Assembly (NCBI GenBank): GCA_963812605.1
Contig: CAWEWF010000005.1
Span: 352,001 to 416,000, forward strand
Length of the DNA: 64,000 nucleotides
Source of the DNA: an uncultured Verrucomicrobiae bacterium
GTDB taxonomy: Bacteria; Verrucomicrobiota; Verrucomicrobiia; Palsa-1439
Reading direction: 5' to 3'
The notes beneath the pieces were generated by a model, which saw only the letters and a list, made by a program, of their open reading frames with translations, ran no database searches and was not told the origin of the DNA. A program made the translations under genes and the position numbers. Positions 31,420 to 40,743 of the stretch are shown piece after piece; positions within the stretch are counted from its first letter, which is position 1; each line of letters starts with the position of its first letter.

Positions 31420-31955
31420 ACCCACCCCTGTATCTCCTCCGAGGAGGGGAACCGACGGACTGCGCCTCGACAGAGCGAGGCGGCTACATCGAATCCCCGC
31501 CGCGTGGGGGCACGCGGCCTACAACACGGACCGACGGCAGACGAAGACGGGCCTGCGCTTCACAGAAGCGCAGCTACAAAGAGCAGGCGGGATCGGTTAT
31601 CGTTTTACGATAAATTTGCTGGACTTGGGGTGGTGGGAGACGTATAGTCTTTGCGGTTCTTTGAAAAGCTGAAGGAGGGTAGAATTCAGGATCCAGAAGG
31701 GAGCTTGGATCCGAGGGGTGCAGAGCCTTCCGCCTTCGCGAGGCTGCTTCGGCGGACGAGCTTGTCGAAAACAGGGACTCTAAAAGCATGTGTTTCTGCG
31801 AAACGAACCGGATTGGATTCGGTAGATTTTATGGTGCATCCGTCGTAACCAGAACAGGTTATGGCTTTGAGAGATGAAATTTGATCCGGTTCGTTTGGGG
31901 AAACAGAACCCATTTGAGGCCACAAGCGAGTGGAGTTGGGAACGGATTAACGCTC
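31420..31955 (+). repeat. Composite non-coding repeat copy 1 (REPs, promoter, boxA-like motif, long stem)
   Basis: Colinear with the reverse complement of about 45850-46420; core shared with 38899-39120. Confidence 0.8.
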
Positions 31956-32156
31956 GACCCCGAAAAGGATTCGGGGCAGGCAATGCAACGCTGAACTGGA
32001 AGTAGCGACTGGCGGGCTGTTCAACAATGTGGTTCGCCGGGAGGCTCGCCCTCCAAGGGAGTATTTAAGACAAGGGTTGCGACGCTGAGGGCCCCGACGT
32101 TTCAGGCGATTACGGGCTGGCTGTTTTGCTTGGGGCAAAGTCCTGAACGAACTCCA

Positions 32157-32867
32157 TCAGCTCTTTTTAGTTAAATCCGAAACAGCCCAAAAAGCCATTC
32201 CGCCTCCGACCAATGGATCAGATTGTAGCCTGGTTGGGCGTGAACGAGGTGGGTTTCGAGTCTTTCCTTTGTGGGCCAAATGAAAAGATTGATGAAATGT
32301 TTGTGACGTTGAAAGACGAGCGCGGCACGCTGCGTCCGCAGATAATCGAGCTGCGCGATGAGCGGGAACTCTTGTGCGAAATTTGAGGGGGAGAAGCGAG
32401 TTTGCCGTTGAACCACGGTTTGACGGTATGCTGGTCGTCAATGCCCCATCGGTCAGATGATTTACCATTAGCGAGCGCACGTGGCTGGAGATGAGTTCCT
32501 GGGTCAGGAGCGCTTCTGAAGCAGGGCGCGAGAACCGCGGCGCCAGACTGACGATCAGGACAACGACGGCGGCGGCCGCGAGAAGTGGAGCGCCAATGGA
32601 CAGCCAGCGCCAGGAGAACACGGGCACTTTCGCTTCTGCACCACATTCCCGTCGCACCGCCGCGCGAAGGCGTTTGCGCAGGCTGGCTGGAGCCTCAGCG
32701 TAAAGCGAGGCGTTTGAGATAGCAGACCGCAAGGCGAGTTGATTCTCGAAGGCCTTCGCGCAGGCCGGGCAATCTTTCATGTGTCGCTCGACCTCGGTGC
32801 TTCCGAGCGGGTCCAGTTCAGCGTCGAGGTAGCCGTGCAACCGAAGTTGGAAATCTTCGCAAGGCAT
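32157..32867 (-). pseudogene. zf-HC2 transmembrane anti-sigma factor, multiple indels
   Basis: YLDAEL..HMKDCPAC, SHVRSL, DQHTVKPWFNGKL, AVSDL across frames. Confidence 0.75.
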
Positions 32868-32868
32868 T

Positions 32869-33394
32869 TTACGTTTCCTTCTCCATCATTTCCATCAGCC
32901 GTTTCTGAAGCTCTTTACGTACCTGGGTGAGCCGCGACATGACGGTGCCCAACGGGATGTCGGCGATGTCGGCGATTTCCTTATAGGACATCTCCAGTTC
33001 GCGCATGACGAGGCGTTTCACGAAACTCGATGAGGCAATTCTTTCATATGGGCTCTCCGCACCAACTGGCTGTCCGCCTTCTGACGAGGACTGTTTACGG
33101 GCTGACGTCTCGCTCTCCACCGATGAAGCTGTTCGTCAAATGGCTGGGAGATTTGCTGCATTCGATTCTGTTGCGCCTAGGTGTAAAACGTGTTGCGCAC
33201 GATCTTCAACAACCAGGTTGGCTGTTGCCGCCGCGATATCCGCCGAAGAATTTGAAGGCCCGCAAGTAGGCGTCTTGGACGACGTCTTGGGCGTCCTGCT
33301 CGTTGCGGGCCAGCCAGCGCGCCAAATTATAGGCAGCATCCATATGTGGCAGGATGGCTTGTTCGAAATGTGAGAGCTTTTCGTGTTCTTCCAA
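32869..33394 (-). pseudogene. ECF sigma factor, multiple indels
   Basis: AYNLARWL..AQDVVQDAYLRA (sigma2); MSYKEIA..PLGTVMSRL (sigma4). Confidence 0.8.
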
Positions 33395-33433
33395 CCGCGT
33401 GTCTCTCCATCGCTGTCATCCCATTCATTATCC

Positions 33434-33511
33434 AGACTGACTGCGCAGCGATTTTATTCCCGGGAAAAGATTAGCACAGGGGCTGGGAATAAACAGGGAA
33501 GAAATGGGTCT
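33434..33511. promoter_or_regulatory. Back-to-back ECF-type promoters GGAATAAA-N14/15-GTCT
   Basis: Minus strand 33460-33434 toward the sigma gene; plus strand 33486-33511 toward the phosphoesterase. Confidence 0.65.
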
Positions 33512-33566
33512 GATTGATTGAAGATGAGCGTACCAGACAGCAGACGAACATATAAGGAGATACAAC

Positions 33567-34543
33567 ATGTCAGACTATATCAATCACGATCACAATCATG
33601 ACGGCATCGACCGTCGTGGATTCCTCAAATGCATGGCGTGGGTTGGCACGGGAGTGCTTTTTACCATGACGGGAGGAATTCTGCGGTCAGAGACCATCAC
33701 CCAGATCACCGCGGGAGCGGGCGCGCTCAAGGGGGCGCTGGCGCAGCCCAAAGGGGCCTTGAGCTTTGTCCAGATCAGCGACAGCCACATTGGCTTCAGC
33801 AAAGAGGCGAATAAAGACGTGGTCGGCACGCTGCAAGCGGCCATCGAACGGATCAACGCGCTGCCGACGCCGCCGGCGTTTATCCTGCACACGGGCGATC
33901 TCAGCCATCTGTCGAAGGCGGCTGAATTTGATGCCGTGGACCAGATTTTGAAGAGTGCCAAAACGGGGCAGGTGTTTTACGTGCCGGGCGAGCACGATGT
34001 TCTCAACGATAACGGCAAGCAGTATCTCGGACGCTACGGCAAGAACACCAGGGGGACGGTTGGTACAGTTTCGATCACAGCGGCGTGCACTTCATCGGCC
34101 TGGTCAATGTGCTCAACCTCAAGGCGGGCGGCCTGGGGGCGCTTGGAACCGAGCAACTGGAATGGCTTGAGGATAACGTGAAGGGCCTCTCCAGTGATAC
34201 CCCGATCGTCGTCTTTGCGCACATCCCGTTGTGGACCATTTACCCCGAGTGGGGTTGGGGGACGGACGACGGCGCGCAAGCGTTGTCGTATTTGAAACGG
34301 TTCGGCTCAGTGACCGTGCTCAACGGTCACATCCACCAAACGATGCAGAAGGTCGAGGGCAACATCACATTCCACACCGCGATGTCTACGGCCTTTCCGC
34401 AGCCCGCACCGGGCACGGCTCCATCACCGGGTCCCCTGAAGGTGCCAGCGGAGAAACTGCGCAGCGTGTTGGGAATCACCGATGTGAATTACATCGAAGG
34501 CAAAAGTTCGCTGGCGATTATCGATTCGCCCCTGGCGAGCTAG
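33567..34543 (+). CDS. Tat-exported metallophosphoesterase (frameshift near 34055)
   Basis: DRRGFL, SDSH, GD, PGEHD, AHIP, GHIH. Confidence 0.8.
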
Positions 34544-34577
34544 AAACAGCAACCGTCACCTGGAAAGGAAGAACACA

Positions 34578-34925
34578 GTGAAGAAAACACTACTCGGTTA
34601 CGTCGGGGCCATCGCGCTGATGGTGTTGGCCATCCACACATCCACCGCCGGCGAGAAGCGGCGTCTAATGTAGTCACCATCGACAACTTCAGTTTCCTGC
34701 CGCAGACGCTGATCGTGCACGCCGGCACGACGGTCACGTGGATCAATCGCGACGACATCCCGCACACGGTGCTCAGCGTCGACAAGACGACCATCGTTTC
34801 ACCGGCATTGGATACGGATGAGAAGTTTTCCTACACGTTCACCACGGCGGGGACGAATGACTATTACTGCTCCGTGCATCCGCACATGAAGGGAAAAGTC
34901 ATCGTGCTACGGCGGAAACAACCAA
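34578..34925 (+). CDS. Cupredoxin (amicyanin/plastocyanin-like), frameshifted; ends approximate
   Basis: IDNFSF, TVTWIN, IPHTV, YYCSVHPHM type-1 Cu ligands. Confidence 0.75.
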
Positions 34926-35378
34926 ATGAACGTCTTCGATCCCAAAAGCGCGCTGCTGGCCAAACACGCGCAGCATGTCGTGCTGGTCCACTTCCCGATC
35001 GCGCTGACCGTCATGAGCTTCGTGTTCGATGTTCTGGCGGTCTGGAGGCGGAAGGCGGCGCTGGCGACGGCGGCCTTTTATAATCTCGCAGGGGCGGCCA
35101 TCACATCGGTGCCCACCGTCGCCACGGGCCTGTTGGCGTGGCAGTGGCAGCTCGCCGGGGCGCGATTGAAAGGGGTCCTGCGGCTGCATCTGATTTTTGC
35201 CGCGACCGGCACGGCGCTGATTTGGGTTCTTTGGGGGATGCGGTGGCGGAACCGTAAACGGTCGACACCATCGCCGGGACCGCTGTGCTTCGCTCTGGGC
35301 GCGATTACTCTGGTGATGATCGCGCTGACGGGGCACCTCGGCGGATTCTTAAGCGGGGTCAATGTGGTGGGTGACTAA
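34926..35378 (+). CDS. DUF2231 membrane protein
   Basis: HVVLVHFPIAL..TGHLGG; four TM helices. Confidence 0.8.
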   Translation: MNVFDPKSALLAKHAQHVVLVHFPIALTVMSFVFDVLAVWRRKAALATAAFYNLAGAAITSVPTVATGLLAWQWQLAGARLKGVLRLHLIFAATGTALIWVLWGMRWRNRKRSTPSPGPLCFALGAITLVMIALTGHLGGFLSGVNVVGD

Positions 35379-35393
35379 CACGTGAGCAACACC

Positions 35394-35745
35394 ATGAATT
35401 GAAAAGAAATCGAAGTGCGGATCGAAGAGATCGGCGAAGAGAACTTCAATTGGGAAGTGGTCCAGTCGAAGGTGCCCGTCCTGGTGGGGTTCCTGGCTCC
35501 CTGGAGTCAGCCTTGCCAAATTCTCAGGCCGGTTCTTGACGAAGTTGTGACCAGGGCGCCGGAAGCGATGTAAAGTCGCCTGGGTAAACGCCGACGACAA
35601 TCCGAATTCAGCAGGTGGTATCGGATCAAATCCACTCCAACTTTCTCTATTTCGTTGACGGACGTCCCCGCGCCCGAGTGGTCGGGACAGCAGCAAGGAA
35701 GGCGATTCTTTCGCAGATTGAAACCCTTTACGGAAACAGCATGGA
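35394..35745 (+). pseudogene. Thioredoxin-like fragment (WSQPC active site)
   Basis: FNWEVVQSKVPVLVGFLAPWSQPC..IKSTPT across frames. Confidence 0.6.
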
Positions 35746-36282
35746 GGCAAGAAGACAACCTATGAAAAATTCACATCTGGTCATGCACACAAGACCTGAA
35801 GATCCGGAAAAGCGACAGTACGAGCCACCGAACGTCCGTTAAAAATCCGCGTCGTCTTTGATGATGATGTCAGTGCCCGCGGCGCCGAAGTCCTGATCAA
35901 GCACGTGACCGCAGATCTCGAATGTGACACGCGATCGTTCGACTTCGATGACCTGGATTCGCCAGGGCCTGGCATAGAGGCAGCCCGGAGTGCCTCCGAT
36001 ACCGATATCCTGGTAGTATCAGTAAGTGACGATGGAATTTACCGCGTCATGTGAAGGCGTGGCTTGACCTGTATCTCGGCTTGGCGACCGAGACCGGAAG
36101 AACTGCAGGTAGCGTTGATCGGGCAGCCCGCGGAAACAGCCCATCCGGAACCGTCGCTGGAGGAGTACATAGAGACCGTGGCGGCCATCGGGGGTCTGAC
36201 ATTTATCTAGAGAGGACGACGTATCGCCTCCGTGCATCCGCATATGGAGCGCGGAATCATTGTGCAATAAGGAGACATTCGC

Positions 36283-36780
36283 GTGAGCAAAGGCTTTCTG
36301 GGAACCGCGGCCTCACTGGCGGCTGATCGCACACTGGTGATCGAGACGGCGATGGGTGTCGCGCTACTCATTGGAACGGTCTTGGCCCGACGCCGGCATT
36401 ATCGCGCACACGGTTGGTGCCAGTCTGCTGTTGTGGTACTGAACTTGTGGGTGATCGCGCAGTTCATGGTGCCGTCATTTCGCCGCCAGATCGCCCCGGA
36501 AATCCCTGCAAGTCTTAATGAGGTACACTACGCCATTGCCGCAATCCATGGCCTGTTGGGGACAGTTGCCGAGTTGCTCGCGCTTTACGTCGTCCTGGTT
36601 GCGGGGACCAACATCCTCCCGAAACGGCTTCGTTTCTTGCGATACAAGCGGTGGATGCGCCTGGCGCTTGCCTTCTGGTGGATTGAGTTAATTCTGGGAC
36701 TGGCGATGTACATCCAGTGGTATGGGTTGCCGCGTCACGTCAGCACGAGCCGCTCGTTAACCATATCGGTGCGGCCGTGA
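36283..36780 (+). CDS. DUF420-like membrane protein
   Basis: Four TM helices with conserved His residues. Confidence 0.6.
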   Translation: MSKGFLGTAASLAADRTLVIETAMGVALLIGTVLARRRHYRAHGWCQSAVVVLNLWVIAQFMVPSFRRQIAPEIPASLNEVHYAIAAIHGLLGTVAELLALYVVLVAGTNILPKRLRFLRYKRWMRLALAFWWIELILGLAMYIQWYGLPRHVSTSRSLTISVRP

Positions 36781-37179
36781 GAATCAAATGCAGCTTCTCG
36801 ACCGTCACGTACGGCGTCAAGGTGCGGATACTTACGGAGCGCCTCGTCGGAAGCCGCCGCGCAGCAGAAGACCAGACGCTTATGACCAACGCGTTCGATC
36901 AGAGGAGCAAATGCCAGAGATGCCCACGCTACGACGGGCGAGTTTATGAGAATCAAGATCAGGTTCACGATGACAACGCGGTCACGGTGGGCTTTGGCCC
37001 GATCGGCTGCCGTGTTTCCCAGCCGTCCGTTTGGGGCAGGCACGCTACCCGATGCTTCACGATTCATTTTGTTCCACCGGGGTATAAAGTTCCGTGTGAT
37101 TGGTCATATGATACAGAGAGTGTTGAAAGGAAACACTAACGAGCCAACAACAAACATGCGAGAAGAAAAGGAGAGAACA

Positions 37180-38298
37180 ATGAAGGAATACGGAGGTTTA
37201 TTTGGAATCGTTCGAATCGGCGCGCGTTTCTAAAGAACGGAATCGTGGTGGCAGGCGCAGCGACAGTCGGCGCTGGGCTGGTTGGAAACGACGCTCTCCG
37301 CTTTCGGTCGGGGAGAAAGACGCGATCTTACGCGGGGAGACGTGGCCATTCTCAAGCTCCTGGCTGCAGCCGAGCTGATCGAGGCCGATCTGTGGCAGCA
37401 ATATAATGAACTCGGAGGAATCAATGCGCCAACGTACAGGCTATACGGCTGCCCTCCTAATTCTGGATGGCGATCAACTCCAGTATATCTCCGATAATAC
37501 CGATGATGAGATGAGCCACGCGGCCTTCCTGAACGCCTATCTGAAATCCAAGGGCCAAGAGCAAGTCGATCTCAGTCATTTCGCCAAACTACAACCCAGC
37601 CAAGTATCGACCGTGCCCCAAACCGGACGGCTGACAAACCTAATGCAGCTCACAGTGGATACCAGTTGGTGGACGCGGTACCGCAGCACGACCAACCCGG
37701 ATTTCGGTGCCATCTTCGCGGAGGCGGTTCCGAGCCTGAATTCCGGGCAGCATACGGCCATCCCCAGAAACAACGGCGAATTGGGCGACCCGAATAACCC
37801 CAGCGACCACGTCAAAGCGATCGCGTTCACGGCAGGATTTCACTTCGCTTTCATCGAGCAGGGCGGGACGAGCCTCTACGCCACACTGGCTCAAAAGGTA
37901 ACCAGTCCGGAAGTTTTACGAATCCTCCTTGGTATTGGCGGATCGGAGATTATGCACTTCCAGACATGGCAGGACAAGGCCGGCAACGCGACTCCATTGA
38001 CTGACTTTGACTCCGGTGAACAATTCGTCAGTGACGTTTCACGGACCTCGCCACTGGCCAGCCGGAGACGATGCAGGCTAACCTCATCATGCCGGAGCTG
38101 TGCGAGTTTATCAGCCCGCAACTCCCCTCCCTGCGCCATCATTCGCCCGACCGGCACGGGACAGTTGGACGCGGTGGGCGCCATCAACAGCTTCATCACC
38201 GACGGCCTTTTCGTCGGTCAGCCGAAAGCCTTTACAGACATGCTCCTCGCCATGGCGGCGGAGAGCCGATGAGGCCAGGCGTGACATGTAAGAAATAG
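37180..38298 (+). CDS. Tat-exported ferritin-like domain protein, several frameshifts
   Basis: NRRAFLK, AAELIEADLWQQY, DDEMSH, FIEQGG, EIMHF. Confidence 0.7.
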
Positions 38299-38338
38299 CG
38301 CGAACCGGAGCGAATGTCCGGCTCGTCAGGAGAAACCT

Positions 38339-38551
38339 ATGGCACCTGTATTAGCTATTATAAGTGAGTGGCACATCTTCCTTGTGCTGATGTCGTTTTC
38401 CTGCTGTTTGGAGGCAGGAAAATGCCGAAGTTGGCCCGTGGTGATCGGCGAGGCCATGAGGGAGTTCAAAAAAGCCTCTCGCGATGTTCACGATGATTCA
38501 CCACGAACAGCTTCTCCTCCTGCGCCAATTGAGCCGAAAAGAAGCCCATAA
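38339..38551 (+). pseudogene. TatA-like subunit, degenerate or indel-damaged
   Basis: LLFGG..K.P in an alternative frame followed by GEAMREFKKA. Confidence 0.6.
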
Positions 38552-38574
38552 CCGACTTAAGATTGTCTCTTGTC

Positions 38575-38860
38575 ATGAGGCAAGCATGCCAGTTCGATTA
38601 CGGAACATGTGACGTTTCGACTCAACGCCCCCCGGGCGCAGGAGGTGCAGGTGATCGTCTGTTTAGTCAAAGACGATGCAAAACCAGTAATTGGTGCCCT
38701 GCGTAAGGGCCTTGATGGCAGTCTGGAGTCTGCGAATGGAACGGGCACGCGGGCGATACGTCTATCGTTTTCTCGTGGACGGCAGTCCCACGCTGGATCC
38801 CTCTGCGCGCTACAATGTGACGGATGATCAAGGCGGCAGGTGGAATATGCGCGAAATGGG
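38575..38860 (+). pseudogene. Glycogen-binding (CBM48-like) small protein remnant
   Basis: VTFRLNAP.AQEV..RYVYRFLVDG..LDP across frames. Confidence 0.45.
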
Positions 38861-38898
38861 GTATTGAATTCCTTATTGGGACGCTGCCTACGAAGCTG

Positions 38899-39120
38899 TT
38901 GCTGTTCGGGAAAAGTTCTGATATGATTGTCGGGGCGGTTCTTTGAAAAGCGTGCTCGCGAGGGCGCAATACCCCTCACCTTTAATCCTCTCCCCCAAGG
39001 GGAGAGGAGGGGGTGCGAAACATGGTTTCTGCGAAACGAACCCCCCAGTTAACCAGCGATTTTCCAAGGACTTAGAGAGACGGGGGGTAGAAGAATGAGG
39101 GCGAAATTGGGTCGATTGAG
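38899..39120 (+). repeat. Composite non-coding repeat copy 2
   Basis: TTGCTG-17-TATGAT, GCGGTTCTTTGAAAA, REP-like hairpin, TTTCTGCGAAACGAACC. Confidence 0.7.
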
Positions 39121-39207
39121 GCAGTTGGCAAGGGCATGAGGCGAAGAGACGACGGCAAGTGGGGCGTTTGCCCTACAATTCCGGAGAGAGGGGAACCGCG
39201 CTTAGCA

Positions 39208-40677
39208 CAGCCTGTCGGACTTAAGTTGAACGCGGGAAGCAATCGGAGTTCTAAAGGGACATGAGCGCTCGCTTCGTCAATATTGACCGTTGTACCCCCA
39301 TGCTGTTGCCACCGGATCTGCGCGAGTGGATTGCCGATGATGACCTTGCCCACTTCGTGTTGGAAGCCGTCGAGAGCAGCGATCTGGGCTTGGCCGCCGT
39401 CAACGCCCGCGGCACGGGCAGCGAACAGTATCCGCCCTCGATGATGCTGGCGGTGCTGTTGTACTGTTATGCTAGCGGCCTGTTCAGCTCGCGGCGCATC
39501 GAGCAGGCGACGTATCGGCATCTGTCCGTGCGCTATCTCAGCGGCAATACCCATCCCGACCACGACACCATCGCCAAGTTTCGTCGAGAGAACACGCCGC
39601 TGATCGAATCGGTGTTCGTCCAGGTGTTGGAACTGGCGCGCGAGTTGGGGCTGTTGCGGTTGGGCGTTGTGAGCCTGGACGGAACCAAGCTGCGCGCCAG
39701 CGCCAGCAAACGGGCCACGCGCACCGAGGCGGAAGTGCAACAGGAACTGGCCGCGCTGCGCCAGCAAGTTGATCAACTGCTGGATCGAGCCGAGCAGGCC
39801 GATGCGACCGAGGGCGACGACGGCACGCGCTTGCCCCCCGCCTTGGCTTGCCGTCGGAGCCGTCGGGCGCAACTGGAGGCCGCGCGCCAACGACTGGCCG
39901 AGCGTACCCGCCAACGAGCTGCGCAGCGTCAAGCCGAACAAGACTACCCGCCCGACCAACCCGGTCGTCCGCCTCGTCGGTTGCCCGCCGAGCCACGACC
40001 GACGGATCGTGTCAACACCACCGACCCCGACAGTGGGCTGATGCCCACGGCCCGCGAAGGATTCATCCAGGGCTACAACGCGCAATTGGCCGTGAGCACC
40101 GACGGCGGCTTGATTGTGGCCGCCCGTGTCACCGATGAACCCGGTGACCGACGCCAACTGGCGCCCACCGTGGCGGCGATTGCGCCCTCGCTCGGCTGCC
40201 CCTTCGCCGTGCTGGCTGACACCGGCTTCGACAACCAACGGCAGATCGCCCAGGTCGAGCGCCAGGGACGCACGGTGGTGTACTGTTCTCCCCAGTCCGC
40301 TCCATCACAACCACCGAGCGGCTGGCAACCGCGCGGCCATCAACGGCGCACCGCCCAAGCGCGAGCGCGGATGCGGGCCCGCTTGGAGAGCGCCACGGGT
40401 CGCGCGTTATATCGGCTGCGCGCCATCACCGTCGAACCGGTTATTGGGATTCTCAAAAGCGTGCTGGGCTTTCGACAGTTTCACTTGCGGGGACTGCGCA
40501 AGGTACAAACCGAGTGGCAACTCTTGGCGTTGGCCTTCAATTGTCGGAGACTGGCCAAGCAGAGTCGCGGCAATTGAGAGGGTTACGCCTCAACCTTCGC
40601 ACCAACAGGAATCCTTGGCAACCGAACCCGCCCATGCCACCTTCCATCGTATGATCTACAATAAGTCCGACAGGCTG
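39208..40677 (+). mobile_element. IS1182-family insertion sequence
   Basis: Perfect 16-bp IRs CAGCCTGTCGGACTTA (39208-39223 and 40662-40677); 5-bp direct repeat TAGCA on both flanks. Confidence 0.92.
39261..40577 (+). CDS. IS1182-family DDE transposase
   Basis: LLPPDLREW, SSRRIE, PDHDTIAKFR, DGTK, TDPDS, GYNAQ, ADTGF, VEPVIG. Confidence 0.92.
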   Translation: MSARFVNIDRCTPMLLPPDLREWIADDDLAHFVLEAVESSDLGLAAVNARGTGSEQYPPSMMLAVLLYCYASGLFSSRRIEQATYRHLSVRYLSGNTHPDHDTIAKFRRENTPLIESVFVQVLELARELGLLRLGVVSLDGTKLRASASKRATRTEAEVQQELAALRQQVDQLLDRAEQADATEGDDGTRLPPALACRRSRRAQLEAARQRLAERTRQRAAQRQAEQDYPPDQPGRPPRRLPAEPRPTDRVNTTDPDSGLMPTAREGFIQGYNAQLAVSTDGGLIVAARVTDEPGDRRQLAPTVAAIAPSLGCPFAVLADTGFDNQRQIAQVERQGRTVVYCSPQSAPSQPPSGWQPRGHQRRTAQARARMRARLESATGRALYRLRAITVEPVIGILKSVLGFRQFHLRGLRKVQTEWQLLALAFNCRRLAKQSRGN

Positions 40678-40743
40678 TAGCAAGCGGGGCCACAGTTCGG
40701 CGGGCTTACAACGGCGGCCTATCATGTTTTTAGAAATTCTGGT

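Noticed and set aside
31656-31955. rRNA or tRNA gene after the promoter and boxA-like motif
   Set aside because: No 16S 5' sequence or cloverleaf is recognisable after any of the three copies
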